The notes: generated from the letters alone by a model not told the origin. 64,000 nt of DNA from Alloascoidea hylecoeti (GCA_001600815.1 BCKZ01000012.1:310001-374000), one strand, 5' to 3'; positions 23,860-35,890 are shown, counted from the first letter of the stretch. Program-made: numbers and translations.

Positions 23860-24507
23860 TGTGCGAGGGAAGTTTCAGAGGATCTCAATTGCAATTGCAG
23901 TAAGTAGAAAGGAAGCAAAAATGAGTACTTTATACTAGTAGGCCCAGTCACCTGACTGGGCTATACCATACGCAGGTAGATGCAGGAGCCTCCCATTTAG
24001 GCAGGGTCCTGGCTGGAGAATTATTCGCCTCTAGGAATCCATTTCAGCAACATAATTATATAACGGCCCATTTCGATGTGATTTGCTGATAATTGAGAGA
24101 TTTACTATCGATTTGTTATCGTGGTTGGATCTGCTGACATTATATATGTAATATGCAGGGTCTCCTGTACTTTATCAGCCCTGTGATTCACTTCTTTATC
24201 AGCAATTTTAATTATAATATACACTATAATTACATTCACAACACATCGAGTTAAACTTGTAGACTTCCCAAATCTTCAAATGTCAGGAAGTTCTTCTTAT
24301 AAAGACAAAAAAGATTCCTTTTAAAATTCAAACCGTGTATTTGTCCACGATTGGCTTTGTGGGGTAATATTTTCATGCATACTCTTTAGACAATGCGGAT
24401 ACGTAAATCAATTATAAGCAAGCCATTTATGCATAAAATTCAAACTTTATAATTATAATAGCCACGTTTGTTGCCACTATCAACTGATTTCATTCATGTT
24501 TTTATAT

Positions 24508-24530
24508 GCTACACGTGCACCACGTGTAGC
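24508..24530. promoter_or_regulatory. Perfect 10-bp inverted repeat containing two CACGTG E-boxes
   Basis: GCTACACGTG-CAC-CACGTGTAGC. Confidence 0.55.
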
Positions 24531-24688
24531 CCATCCATCGAGTAGGAATATGTCATCATAAAGGTATATATAAATTATATTATAAAGATTTATTAAGTAA
24601 ATTGAACCCAAAATGAAAAATAAAAACTCAAAAGCGTCTATAAAAATCTACAACAACTGTATAGTTACAGTTATATTTAATAAAAACC

Positions 24689-26806
24689 TCATTTCTTAAT
24701 ACTTTCAGTTGGACTATTAGTGCTATCACCTTCTAATTCTTGACCATTAACTTCTTCAATAATTGATTTGCGACTCATATGCACATGTAACTCTTCGGGA
24801 TTTGACTCCTGCCAAGCTTTTAGTTTATAACTTTGACCAGTAACATCCCAATAAATACCTCTCAAAGTATTGTAAATCTCATATCGACCTTGCCATAATG
24901 GGAAAACATTAACAATTAAAGATGAAATAAAGATCCAGATAATTCCAACTACAACCCAACCTCTAAAAAATGGTTTTGAAAAAATATAACCGGAACCATA
25001 CATTGGCATTGGCCAAATAACTAAAAATGCAATTGCCATAAATGCAGTAATTATTCTTGCAACTTTGGCATACTTATCAAGCAATGCTTGTTCCTCTGGT
25101 GTATTCTCTGCTAATACGAATCCATGGCCTTCAACAACATCGTCAATCATTTGTTCTCCTTTTTCGCCATCATTTACACCAAAACCAGCTAATTCTTCAG
25201 TTTCATCTACTTTTGTAATCTTCTTTAATTCATTCCAATCAAATTTATATGGTTTGTATAATGAGATAAGTGGAGAGAAAACCATTGGTGATAATAATGC
25301 AACTACATTACCAATAAGCATTGGATAATCTGAACCAGTTGAAGCAATAGTGAATTCGTTAAATTCAACTTTTGTTCGTACTAACCAACCAATAATAGCA
25401 AAAATGAAACCAAGAATTGGAGAAATTGTAGCAGCCAATCTAGTTTGACGACGGGACATAATTGTCATAGCAGCTGGGAAAACAGCGCCAGAAATAATAA
25501 TTCCCATTAATACATACAAATAACCCATACTAACTCCCTTTTTCCATAATGCAATAGAAACGGCTGCCATCACAATACTAAAACCACAAATAGACATATG
25601 GGATATCCAAATCAATTGTTTACCAGTAGCCTTTGGGTTTATATATCCTTTATAAATATCATATGTGAAAACTGATGAAAAAGCAATAAACTCTGCTGAT
25701 GAAGCTGAAGTAACAGCCATGAAGACAAGTAACAGAGTACAAACACCACCACTTTTACCTAACAAGGCAATAGCAGCACTTGGTAATACAAGTCCAGAAG
25801 AAACTTCATCGGCAGATAGCCTATTAGGGTAAGTTGGAAATGCGGGATTGGATTCTAAGGCTAAGCAAGCTAAACCCATAGTTGTAGATGTTAAAAATGG
25901 AACGGCAAACCATGCAAGACCACCAAGCAAATAACCTGGTAAAGCAGCAACTGGACTTGCAGCTATAGCTTTATTCCAATAACCATTATCTAAGAAGACT
26001 GTTCCAAAATTACCCACGATATTAATGACGAAAAAGATACCACCAGCTTTTGATTTCATGGTTAAATATGAACCATCATGATTTCCAGTAACTGGATGAT
26101 CTTTACCAGCCTGAACTAAAAGATCATAAACCTTTCCAGGTGAACCCAGTTTATCACCTGCTGCATAAGTTGTCAAAGCAAAGATCATGATGATAACAAT
26201 TAAAACAACAGTATGTACATAATCAGTTAAAAATGTAGCTTTTAAACCACCAAAGACTGTATAAATAACAACAAACAAAGGTAAGAGCCAGATTGCAGCA
26301 ATTGTGTTCATACCAGTCACATCAGAAACAACAGCACTACCACCAGCCAACAACATTGCAGTGACCAAGAAGTTTGTTGCAACAGCAAAGAAGCAAAACA
26401 CTATGTGACAAGCAGCACCATATCTAACTTTGACAAGTTCTAAATAGGTATGAGCACCTGGAGCTTTTCTTTTCAATTCAATTGCTAAAGTTGCAAATAA
26501 AATAATCTGTACGGTTGCACCAGACGCATACCAAAAGGCACCAGATACACCATTTTTATAAGCTTGACCAGATGAGGTTAATAAAGTGGCAGCCCAAGTC
26601 CATGAAGATACAACTGCAGCTGCAATAAGACCACTCTTAACAGATCTACCAGCGGTCGCGAATTCTTCAGAAGTGATAATTTCTTTTTGGTATCTTCGTA
26701 GACCAGCTGTAACACCAATCATACCTAAGGCAAACAGAAATCCTAGGCCAATAACAACACCATATCCTACACCTTGAGACAAAATTCCAGCAACTGAGTC
26801 ACCCAT
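24689..26806 (-). CDS. DUR3: Urea/polyamine active transporter (sodium:solute symporter family)
   Basis: SEEFATAGRSVKSGLIAAAVVSSWTWAATLL, GGLKATFLTDYVHT, NIVGNFGTVFLDNGYWNKAIAASP. Confidence 0.96.
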   Translation of the reverse strand: MGDSVAGILSQGVGYGVVIGLGFLFALGMIGVTAGLRRYQKEIITSEEFATAGRSVKSGLIAAAVVSSWTWAATLLTSSGQAYKNGVSGAFWYASGATVQIILFATLAIELKRKAPGAHTYLELVKVRYGAACHIVFCFFAVATNFLVTAMLLAGGSAVVSDVTGMNTIAAIWLLPLFVVIYTVFGGLKATFLTDYVHTVVLIVIIMIFALTTYAAGDKLGSPGKVYDLLVQAGKDHPVTGNHDGSYLTMKSKAGGIFFVINIVGNFGTVFLDNGYWNKAIAASPVAALPGYLLGGLAWFAVPFLTSTTMGLACLALESNPAFPTYPNRLSADEVSSGLVLPSAAIALLGKSGGVCTLLLVFMAVTSASSAEFIAFSSVFTYDIYKGYINPKATGKQLIWISHMSICGFSIVMAAVSIALWKKGVSMGYLYVLMGIIISGAVFPAAMTIMSRRQTRLAATISPILGFIFAIIGWLVRTKVEFNEFTIASTGSDYPMLIGNVVALLSPMVFSPLISLYKPYKFDWNELKKITKVDETEELAGFGVNDGEKGEQMIDDVVEGHGFVLAENTPEEQALLDKYAKVARIITAFMAIAFLVIWPMPMYGSGYIFSKPFFRGWVVVGIIWIFISSLIVNVFPLWQGRYEIYNTLRGIYWDVTGQSYKLKAWQESNPEELHVHMSRKSIIEEVNGQELEGDSTNSPTESIKK

Positions 26807-26956
26807 TATTATAATTTAGAATTGAATATGTAAAAAAATTGTAAAGGGAGGATGCTCAACTATATATACCTATAATCGTAACGTTAATGTTCACCTCAGA
26901 GTCCACCCAAGGTCATACTTTGGAAACAATTTGGTTTCACCGTGTGAAAAAAAAAT

Positions 26957-26978
26957 CTTATCGAAGATAACTGATAAG
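26957..26978. promoter_or_regulatory. Clustered GATA sites (nitrogen catabolite repression UAS) upstream of DUR3
   Basis: CTTATC, GATAA and GATAAG within 22 bp, about 150-170 bp upstream of the ATG; TATATATA near 26861. Confidence 0.7.
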
Positions 26979-29291
26979 CTTAATTATGCAGAATATAGCA
27001 TCCCACAGGTGGTGTTTAAGGACCGGGTAAATTAGTATTGTGAATAAAAAAAAGAAACTTACATTTGTCCGCATACGGGCCGACTATTTCATTTTCCTCA
27101 ACTTTAATAATTTTTATATCATAATATCATGTGGGCCGGTATGTTAGATACGGTACGATATTTCCAATGCTTATTCATATGATTCTCTCTTTTATATTTC
27201 GTTCCACCATTTAACAGTGTTGTAGGTGTGCTATGTACGTGTATTTAGCTAATTATCCCTCCTTAATTGAACCCAAGTCCCCTTTTGATCTGGTTGCGTT
27301 AACGTTTTATCCGATGGTACGTATAACCGACCCGCTCGGGCTCGGTATTGTATTACAAGAAAGCTTTTTTATTGGCTATGCGTCTATGATTGTCGATACT
27401 GTAATTTCTCTATCAATATTTTATTACATACTGTTTGAACTTCTGGAAGCGTCGTGTTTAGTTATGACTTCTAAGGATGATTAACCTCGAATCAAAGATC
27501 AATTGTAGTGCTAATTATAATAGCATAGATTCTATATTAAAATATACCACAGTATAACCCTAAAGCGCATTATAATGTGCAACAACAAAAAGCGACCTGC
27601 TGTAAGATATTACTCATGTGAATTATATCCATATAAAATAGGAATGATATGATATATTCCTTTCTTTGGCAATGCAAAGGAGCTGATCAACCCTATCCTA
27701 TCCTTATAATTAAATTTATTTATAACCCAATCCATTTTACTTGTAAGGATTTACTTATCTCAAGATTCTTAATTACTATAATTTTTCCTACTATAATTAC
27801 AATCATGAACTTTATGCAGGGATTTATATATATTACCGGTCAAAAAAACTGGTAATATTGTAATTATATGTTATAAGCACGCTGCATCCATCAGGATCCT
27901 GAAATGAGATAAGATCTTCATGTTCCAATTAATCTCAACTATTGGTTAGTTGTGCAGATGTCTGCACATTATCTCCAACTTGTTATATTTATTGTTTCAA
28001 TTATTTAACGCCGATGCATGAGAAAACAAATCTACTCTAAAATAGTTATAGAGATCTATAGACTTTGGTTATATATTATCATGATATCATTTGATTATTA
28101 AATATTATAGACGGCGAGAGATTCAATCCATCTATTTATTTCTTGTTTAACATATATATATATATATAAGTTAAAACAGATTACGAACTTATATATGTTA
28201 TGTCTAGGTTTCTTTTTCTATTTACATTTGGTTACAGTTAGAGTAATGATACAGAACGTTAATTATAAATGACTCGTTTAAACTTTAAATTTCATAAAGT
28301 CTTGATGTCGCTTCGATATGTTATGCTTAGAGAAAACTTTTGATCGCTTTAAGCCACCAATAGATCCACAACCAGTGAATAATACAATAGTATATTGAAA
28401 AATCGCTACTAATTGATATCTATTTCTATTTTACTTTTATAATATTAATTAATAAACGTCGAAAAAATAACACAATGCATAAAGTTCTTTAACTACATAT
28501 CAATGTTTTGGTGGTGTGAAGTCACTGTGGAGTCACCGTGAAGTGTGGACAAATTGAACACACACATTTTCAGTATAATTGGAATCTTGAAGAAGAATAA
28601 TTAACATCGCTGTCATACCTTTAGCTAAGTTTACTGATCGGTTCCTATAGCTATTTATTAACTTATAGGTTGTAATTGCTGGTAATTTCTAATGGATTTG
28701 TTAGCCATACATCTCTTTATCGGAAAATCTACACTGGGTTATTTACTTATAATCACGATTCATTAGCAGTGAAATCTTGTAGCTAGTATATAGCTACCGT
28801 ATCACATTATAATTACACTTATTTTGCTAATAAAATTCAAGCAAATAATTATAAAAAGGAAATGTTGAGTAGGATCTGCACTAGAATACATAAAAAGTAA
28901 AACATTTTTTTTTAAAATTCATTAACAAAATTATTTACTGTCTACATATAATATATAAATCTTTAATAAGATACAGGAGATTTCAGAAGTCTTTAGTGTC
29001 GTTCAGCAGGTGGAATTCGTCGTAAAGATCAAGGTACATGGTTTTCACAGTTTCCGTTTCTTACCCTCCAAATGTTTTCTTTTTTCCTCTATTTGAAGTT
29101 TTTCACGTTCTGCTTGGTTTTGTTTTTTCTTTAGTGTTTTAACAACTTCCGACATCTTTTTTTTATGGGTATCTTATCTTTTTTTCTTGGTCTGGTGTTA
29201 CTAGTTACCGATACTTTAATGCATTAAGGTTTCGGCCCAGGTAAATATACATCTCATAAATTATTGATTATGAATGATAATATCGGAAAAC

Positions 29292-29597
29292 TTATTCTTC
29301 TTCATATTCATCAGAATCATAAGTGTAAGATACAGACCTATTTTTATTACGAGTACTTCTTCTTGTTGCACTTTTCCTTTGATAAATGGATATCGATTGT
29401 TGTCTCTTCAATGGCATGGTTTTAGTAGAGACACCATTGTTTTCTTCTTTCGCTACAATTCTTTTCGTAACATTTAGAGCTCTTTTAGAGAAAGCTCTTG
29501 TCAATTTCTTTGAAATATATTCTTTAAATCGATCTAAAATCACATCTGGAATGAAATTTGTTGTTACTATTTATCACTAGCACTTTTTTCTTTTTTG
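29292..29597 (-). pseudogene. PDS5: Duplicated 3' fragment of PDS5
   Basis: About 300 bp closely matching 62095-62410 (FIPDVILDRFKEYISKKLTRAFSKRALNVTKRIV…YDSDEYEEE). Confidence 0.85.
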
Positions 29598-29713
29598 ATG
29601 CCATACTTCTATAGTGATTAATAATATCAGTCCGCACGTGATGCAAATAATTTACCCGTAATTTCGCAACATCCTAACAACTAACTTATACACATTTTCT
29701 TTTCTTTGCCACC

Positions 29714-31662
29714 ATGGAGACTATTACAGACAAATTCAAACAGTACAGCGATGAAATTGAGAAAACATTCAGTGAAAATAGGCATCAGCTATCCGAGGTN
29801 GACCCCAGCATTTTTTTTGGCGACCTTAGTAAGGAGGAAAATTTAAATGAGTTGAGAGCGCTTACTAAAGAAAGTATATTCTTCAATAGCAGTGCACTTG
29901 TATTACAAAACCTTCTGTGCAATTTACCCGTGACAGGTTTGTTTATAACTGGGTATAATAGTATGCCAAATATAGATAGATCAAGTGGTGCTGCTAGAAA
30001 GACTGGATCAAGTGGTGCTGTTAATGTTAATACTAGTTCCGAGATAAATCAAATGGGTGATTATTTTTACACAACTTCATTTATCAATGGTGAGACACTA
30101 AAATTCGAAGCAGAAAGTATTTAGTTAGAGACAGCATTATCGCAATTAGATGCCCCTAGAGTAAAAATGACAATGTGTATAATCTTGGGTGGTATATTGC
30201 GTGTCAAACTTGGCCCTCAAGAAAGATTTTCCGAAGCAGATATATCTCGTTTTATAAGTAATAAATTGCTTGATCCTGGTATTCGTTTTTTCAATAGAAT
30301 AACAGAATCTGGTTTAACTTTGCACGGAGAAAAACCTGGAAAGCTAATGATGGGAACTCGAAAAAGAAATGTATCAACGAGATCAGATTTTACTATTTCT
30401 AGTAAAAATAACCCTGATATTATCACTATTGAGATGAAAATACCTCAATTAGAAAAAATGGTGGGAGGTGTCAGTGGGTTTAACCCCGATGCTAAGTTTA
30501 AAGAAAAAGTTAATCAAGTTATTCAACAAGCACTCACACTCGACTTGGAACACCATTTGGTATTCTAAGTGATGGAGTCTTGATCTTTTTATTCGAAATA
30601 CCATTAGATACAGAATTGAAAGATTATGAGGCAAAAATACCTAATGAAGGATCTAAATATAAGGAACTACCAATCAATTACAAAGTTATAAGAGCTCGTG
30701 AAAACGGAGTTTTTTTAATATTTTTATTGTTTCTGAAAAAAGCAATTGACTTTTTCAATATTCACACTAGAGAAGAAGTAAAAGAAAAATTACAACATTT
30801 TGCGAATTGGTTAGAGAAATCGGTNGAAGAAACCATCATTGCTGAAACTGAATCTCGAGATAAGATGAAAGATTACTTTTTATNTTCTGAGGAATCTGAA
30901 AATGTAGACATCACACGGGATATGAATTTAAGGATAAAATTCAGTTCTTTTCAAGAAACAGATCGGATTCAGCTTTCCAAGCTTCCAGATGAACGTTATC
31001 ATTCACAGGTACTGCGTTGTTCATCACAGCAGTTTTATGAGGCGACTGATAGCAACTCTTTTAACCTTATAAGCGGACGTGAATATATTATTAAGTGGAT
31101 TGACCCGGTCCTTGCTGTTTGTAACAACAAAAGATTGATTAAGTTGGCTGAACCTTGTTACAATTATTACAAAGATGAACTACGAATCTACATGGTGTTA
31201 TCAGAAAAAACAAATTTAGAGGNCATAGTGCCTAAGCTTCATGGAATAGGTTTTTGTACCTTATTTGGTGATGATGGTGAGACCGTTAGTGCAGGACTAT
31301 TCCTGTTACTAGATTACATTGATGGTAANGAACCTGATTTTTCAGATGATAAAATATACGAAAAGGCAATGTCAAATTTGAAAAAGTTACACGATGCTGA
31401 CATAACTCATGGGGACATTAGACTCCCAAACATAAGGGTAACAGAGAAACAATATGTGTACTTTTTCGATTTTGGTTTAAGTAGCACAACTAAAGGAGAT
31501 AAAACAAGAATTACTGATATTAAAAGCAAAAGGGATGAGGAAAAATTATACCGACTCAGGGAAGAAGCATTAAAAGCAAAAGAATACTCAGCACCAATAA
31601 TACAAGAAAGGGAAGAAANAATGGGAGAGGAAGGAAGAAAAAGAAGAAGATTAAATCCATAA
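29714..31662 (+). pseudogene. Disrupted PD-(D/E)XK-like nuclease + protein-kinase-like fusion gene
   Basis: ORFs 29714 and 30167 share a frame, separated only by TAG at 30122-30124; one frameshift near 30545 joins ORF 30580. Motifs: RSDF…IITIEMK…NQVIQQA…FGILSDG (restriction-endonuclease fold), then IVPKLHG, LLLDYIDG, HGDIRLPNI and FFDFG (kinase). Confidence 0.75.
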
Positions 31663-32027
31663 CCATAATTTACTATTTTTTTTATGATTTTACTTTATGT
31701 TATTTTATTTTATGAATATTACATTATACCTTATATGAATTATAGATTATAATCTATAAACTTAATAGCTAGTCTAATTGCAAACTTCAAAAATCATTTT
31801 AAGACATAGAAAATGTACCGATTGCAAACTGATAAGAAGAACTTGAAATACCAAAGAAAAACACGAACTATTACTTTTGATATACCCAATAAACAATGAA
31901 AAGAAAATGAAGAAGAAGAATCAATTTATATAATAAATGACAATACATTTTTAAACAAGATTAAAATACTCTAATAAATTCAGAATTAATTATAGCCGCT
32001 TACAACTTCCTTATCTATATCTATATA

Positions 32028-34703
32028 CTATACCATATTATTGTTTTGAAGGGCAATGCTTTTCGTCATATTATTAACCTTATAGATCCCTACAAGTTGT
32101 TGTGCTAACTCGAACATATTATTTCTCAAAGAAATAACAACAAATTGAGCATTTTTGGTTCGTTCTTTAATATAATTTGCAACAATTGAAACATTTCGAA
32201 AATCCAAAGCAGCATCTATTTCATCCATTACATACAAAGGTGTGGGTTTATATTTATGAAGTGCAAAAACTAAGGCCAAAGAGCTAAGAGTTTTTTCACC
32301 GCCTGAAAGATTCGAAATATTTCTCCAACTTTTCTTTGGCGGCATCACACTAAAAAGAATTCCTTCTGAAAATGGGTCAAGACTGTCCACAAGCTCAAGT
32401 TCTGCGTTACCTCCCATTGTAATCATTTGATACATATTTTTGAGTGTAGTTGTGATTGTATTTAATCCAACCATGAATTCATCCAGCCTTCTCTTTTTAA
32501 GATCGTCACTCATTTTCTTGACCAATTCACGTTCTTCAACTGCTTCGTTCAAGTCTGTTTTACGAGACACAAATTCTCTAGAACGTCTAGCATACTCTTC
32601 TAACACTGAAATATCAACAGTTTCTTCTAGCTTTTCCTCTAGCCGTTTTATTTCGGATTTTAAGGTACTGGCATTTATTTGATCGAGCTCATCTAAAGAT
32701 ATTTCTAGTGATGCTTGAGGTGAAGAACTTTCTTCAGTGTCCATCATAACATCCTCATCTTCATTCTGAATACTTGTTTCTTGGACGTTACCAATTAGTT
32801 CATCTAAATTATGAAGTTTCAAAGACTCGAATTGACTTTTATAGTGATGAATGGCGCGCTTGTAATCTTTCATATTAGTCACATGTTGTTCGATTTTATT
32901 TTCAATCTCAATTTCGCTAGATCTCAATTCGGCAATNAGCTTCTTTTCAGATTCCAATTTATCTTTTGCAGACTCAAGTGCTTCTTTTCTATCATCACGT
33001 TCATCTAGAATTTTAGAATACTCTTTCTCTAACAGAGCTGCCTTTTGAAATTTCTCTTCCACACTTTGTTCCATTTTTAACAATTGGTTATCAAGGGCAA
33101 CAACTTCCTTTTCATTTTCTGAAAAGATTTTAGTATGTTTCTTTAATTCATTTTGGTTCTTGGTATATGTGACAACCTCACTAGACATTTTNTCGTTAAG
33201 CAATTCTAGATGTTGTTGAATACTATCAACTTTTGACTTCTGCATTCTAAGTTTGATACCACCAACTTTCATAATTTTTTCTTCTAGCTCCTTGATTTTG
33301 TTATCCCTATCTTCGGTTTCTTCTTTTAGTTTTTCAAGCTCATGTTCTAATGCAGAAACTTTGGCCTCTGCCTCTTGAATGGCTTTATCATCTACTAAAT
33401 TTGTTTTAGCTTCTTCTTTAAATTCCTTGGTTTGTTTTTGAGCGGCTGATAATGATTTAGCTAAAGAATCAATTTCAATATTAATTTTGGAGGCGGATAA
33501 TTCAATTTCAGGCTGTCTATCTTTTAAGAAATTTAGCGCTTTAATCATTTTGTTGTACGTTTCAGTAGCTTTATCAAACAATTCTTGTTTCTCTTGGAGT
33601 TCTTGTTCAAGTTGAGATACAGCCTCCTCAGAAAACCCAGAATTTGACTTTTTGTTCATGGCACCTGAAATTTTTTGAGCACCACCGGATAAAGTACCTG
33701 ATTTATCAATCAATTTACCATCCAAACTAACAACCCTCCAANGTTTCGCGCCATAAGCAATACGGTTTGCTTGCTGTAAATCTTTAGCCACCAATGTATC
33801 CTGCAAAACGCTGTAAAATGCTGGAGCAAATGCAGGGTCTTTTGGAGTTACCAAGTCAAAAAGTCGTGGAACACCTTCAGGGGTATTAATTGGACCTAAA
33901 TTTCTTTTTGGTAACTTATCGAGTAAGATAAATCTTGATCGACCTAAATTGTTCTTTCTTAGATAATCGATACATTTTTGACCAACATCCACAGTATCAA
34001 NAACCATATTATTCAATGCAGGACAAGCTGTTGAAATAGCTACATCATATTTATCATCAATTGTGCCTAAATCGCCAAGTCTACCATTGAAGCCATCCAA
34101 TCTTCCAGATGCTTTAAGATGAGACAAACCAGCCAAAACTTGATTTCTTGTTTTTGTATTTGTAAGGGGTCCTTTAGCTTCATTTGTTTTCTGTCTAGAT
34201 TCGGTCAATTCAGTCTTTAATTCTTTCAACTTAGCATTCGCGTGTGAACATTCATTATTACCAAGATCAATTTGATTTTTGTTATGTTCGAATTCTTTCT
34301 TCAAAGCCNCAAGTTCACGTTCTTTACTTCTTCCTTGCTTCATGGTATCTTGTTCTACAGCTAGAGATTCATTTATATTATTAATGAGCGAATCTTTTTT
34401 TTCTTTTAACATATCAACATTGCTTTGAGAGACAGCTACTTCTGAAGACTTTTGTGTGATTTTTTCTCTCCATGGTTCACCTTCTTTAACCAGCTTATCA
34501 ATTTGAAGGGTTATATCCTTAGTTTTGTCCTTCAAGCTATTTCTAATTTCCTCAAGCTCTTGCTTTTCGACCTCAAAGTTTTTTATGAGGTCTTGGATTT
34601 CTTGTTTAACTTGATTTGTTTCTGTTTCTTGATTTTTCAAATAAGAACTTGCTTCATTAATAATCTTCTGTGAAGCATCCATGTTCTCCACATAATTTAC
34701 CAT
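32028..34703 (-). CDS. SMC4: Condensin subunit Smc4, 5'-truncated (coiled coil, hinge and C-terminal head half only)
   Basis: Hinge GRLGDLGTIDDKYDVAISTACP; signature LSGGEKTLSSLALVFALH; Walker B YVMDEIDAALDFRNVSIV; no Walker A/N-terminal exon seen upstream. Confidence 0.85.
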   Translation of the reverse strand: MVNYVENMDASQKIINEASSYLKNQETETNQVKQEIQDLIKNFEVEKQELEEIRNSLKDKTKDITLQIDKLVKEGEPWREKITQKSSEVAVSQSNVDMLKEKKDSLINNINESLAVEQDTMKQGRSKERELXALKKEFEHNKNQIDLGNNECSHANAKLKELKTELTESRQKTNEAKGPLTNTKTRNQVLAGLSHLKASGRLDGFNGRLGDLGTIDDKYDVAISTACPALNNMVXDTVDVGQKCIDYLRKNNLGRSRFILLDKLPKRNLGPINTPEGVPRLFDLVTPKDPAFAPAFYSVLQDTLVAKDLQQANRIAYGAKXWRVVSLDGKLIDKSGTLSGGAQKISGAMNKKSNSGFSEEAVSQLEQELQEKQELFDKATETYNKMIKALNFLKDRQPEIELSASKINIEIDSLAKSLSAAQKQTKEFKEEAKTNLVDDKAIQEAEAKVSALEHELEKLKEETEDRDNKIKELEEKIMKVGGIKLRMQKSKVDSIQQHLELLNXKMSSEVVTYTKNQNELKKHTKIFSENEKEVVALDNQLLKMEQSVEEKFQKAALLEKEYSKILDERDDRKEALESAKDKLESEKKXIAELRSSEIEIENKIEQHVTNMKDYKRAIHHYKSQFESLKLHNLDELIGNVQETSIQNEDEDVMMDTEESSSPQASLEISLDELDQINASTLKSEIKRLEEKLEETVDISVLEEYARRSREFVSRKTDLNEAVEERELVKKMSDDLKKRRLDEFMVGLNTITTTLKNMYQMITMGGNAELELVDSLDPFSEGILFSVMPPKKSWRNISNLSGGEKTLSSLALVFALHKYKPTPLYVMDEIDAALDFRNVSIVANYIKERTKNAQFVVISLRNNMFELAQQLVGIYKVNNMTKSIALQNNNMV

Positions 34704-35890
34704 TTCCACAATTTCATCAATGTTAATTAGAATAGGCACTATTTTTCAAATACTTTCACACATAGGTTGGCTCTAAAAGATGGCCCATGCAAGTAGTCTA
34801 TTAAAATGTGCGTTTTTCATGGCTCTGGAACATCTAAGAAGTAGCGCCGATGGGTGTCATAGATGAGAAGCCAGCTCTTCAGAAATCGAATATTCTTCCA
34901 CAAAATCAGCCAACCACTTCATATTTCGTTTCTCAGTTTCTTTCGTGAGTCATGTATTGTGCAATATACGTATTTTCAATCGGTTTAATTGTGCTTTTTT
35001 AAAACGAGAGGGTATGTTTTTGGAGATTAATTAGAGGTTTAAACACTTATCATATTTCAGCTACCTGGATATATAGATACATAATTTCTGACCAGGGCGA
35101 CGTTTCTTTCTCATGATGTATTAGTTCAGTTATGAAGTATGGTACCAAAAAACATTCGGAATTGGGTTTTTAGGTAGTGGCTCCAAGTAATAAAGTGGTG
35201 TGTATGATGCAAATTGTTATACAGAAGGAACTAATATTGTAACTGTTTTACCTGTGGTTATCAAGACAATAATCAGAACTGTTTAATTCATGCACTTCAG
35301 TTTTGAGTCCGTGTAATGGGAGTTTTCCAATTTTCGCTATTTCTTTTGTTTTTACATTTTCAATACTTATATTAAATGGGGGTAAGGACTATAGAGGTGC
35401 TATCAAATGATATATAAAAGCAATTTTCACCATTAGGTACCGGTATAAGTCTAAAGTATGAGAACTATTAAGGCATCTTACTTTACAACAATCCAGTGAA
35501 CCCACCCACAATAGTTAATTTCTTTGTATGTTTTTAGTTTAGTTATAGCTTGTTTTGTGGATTCCATAATATTTGTCGAGGAATTCCCATATTTTATATA
35601 TACATGTAGAAGTATCGTAAAGATATATATATTTGTTTTCCAAGAGTTTTAGAGCAATTACGTGTTTAAAGAAGGACATCAATCTGATCATGAGTGAATC
35701 AACTGCCCAAATTAGTCAACATATTCAACATGGTATCCGGTACTGTAAACAGTAATAATGGAAAAGCAATCTATGATGGAACCGCTGGACATGCAATTCC
35801 TTCTATAGTATTTCTTTCTTAATGTGAATTTAACTATTAGATTCTCTTATAGTTCTAATTAGTATTAAATGCTCTAGTATTAATTGTAAA

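Noticed and set aside
17025..27563. Isolated TAACCCTAA motifs as interstitial telomeres
   Set aside because: Single 9-mers, not arrays; chance occurrence or Tbf1-type sites are sufficient
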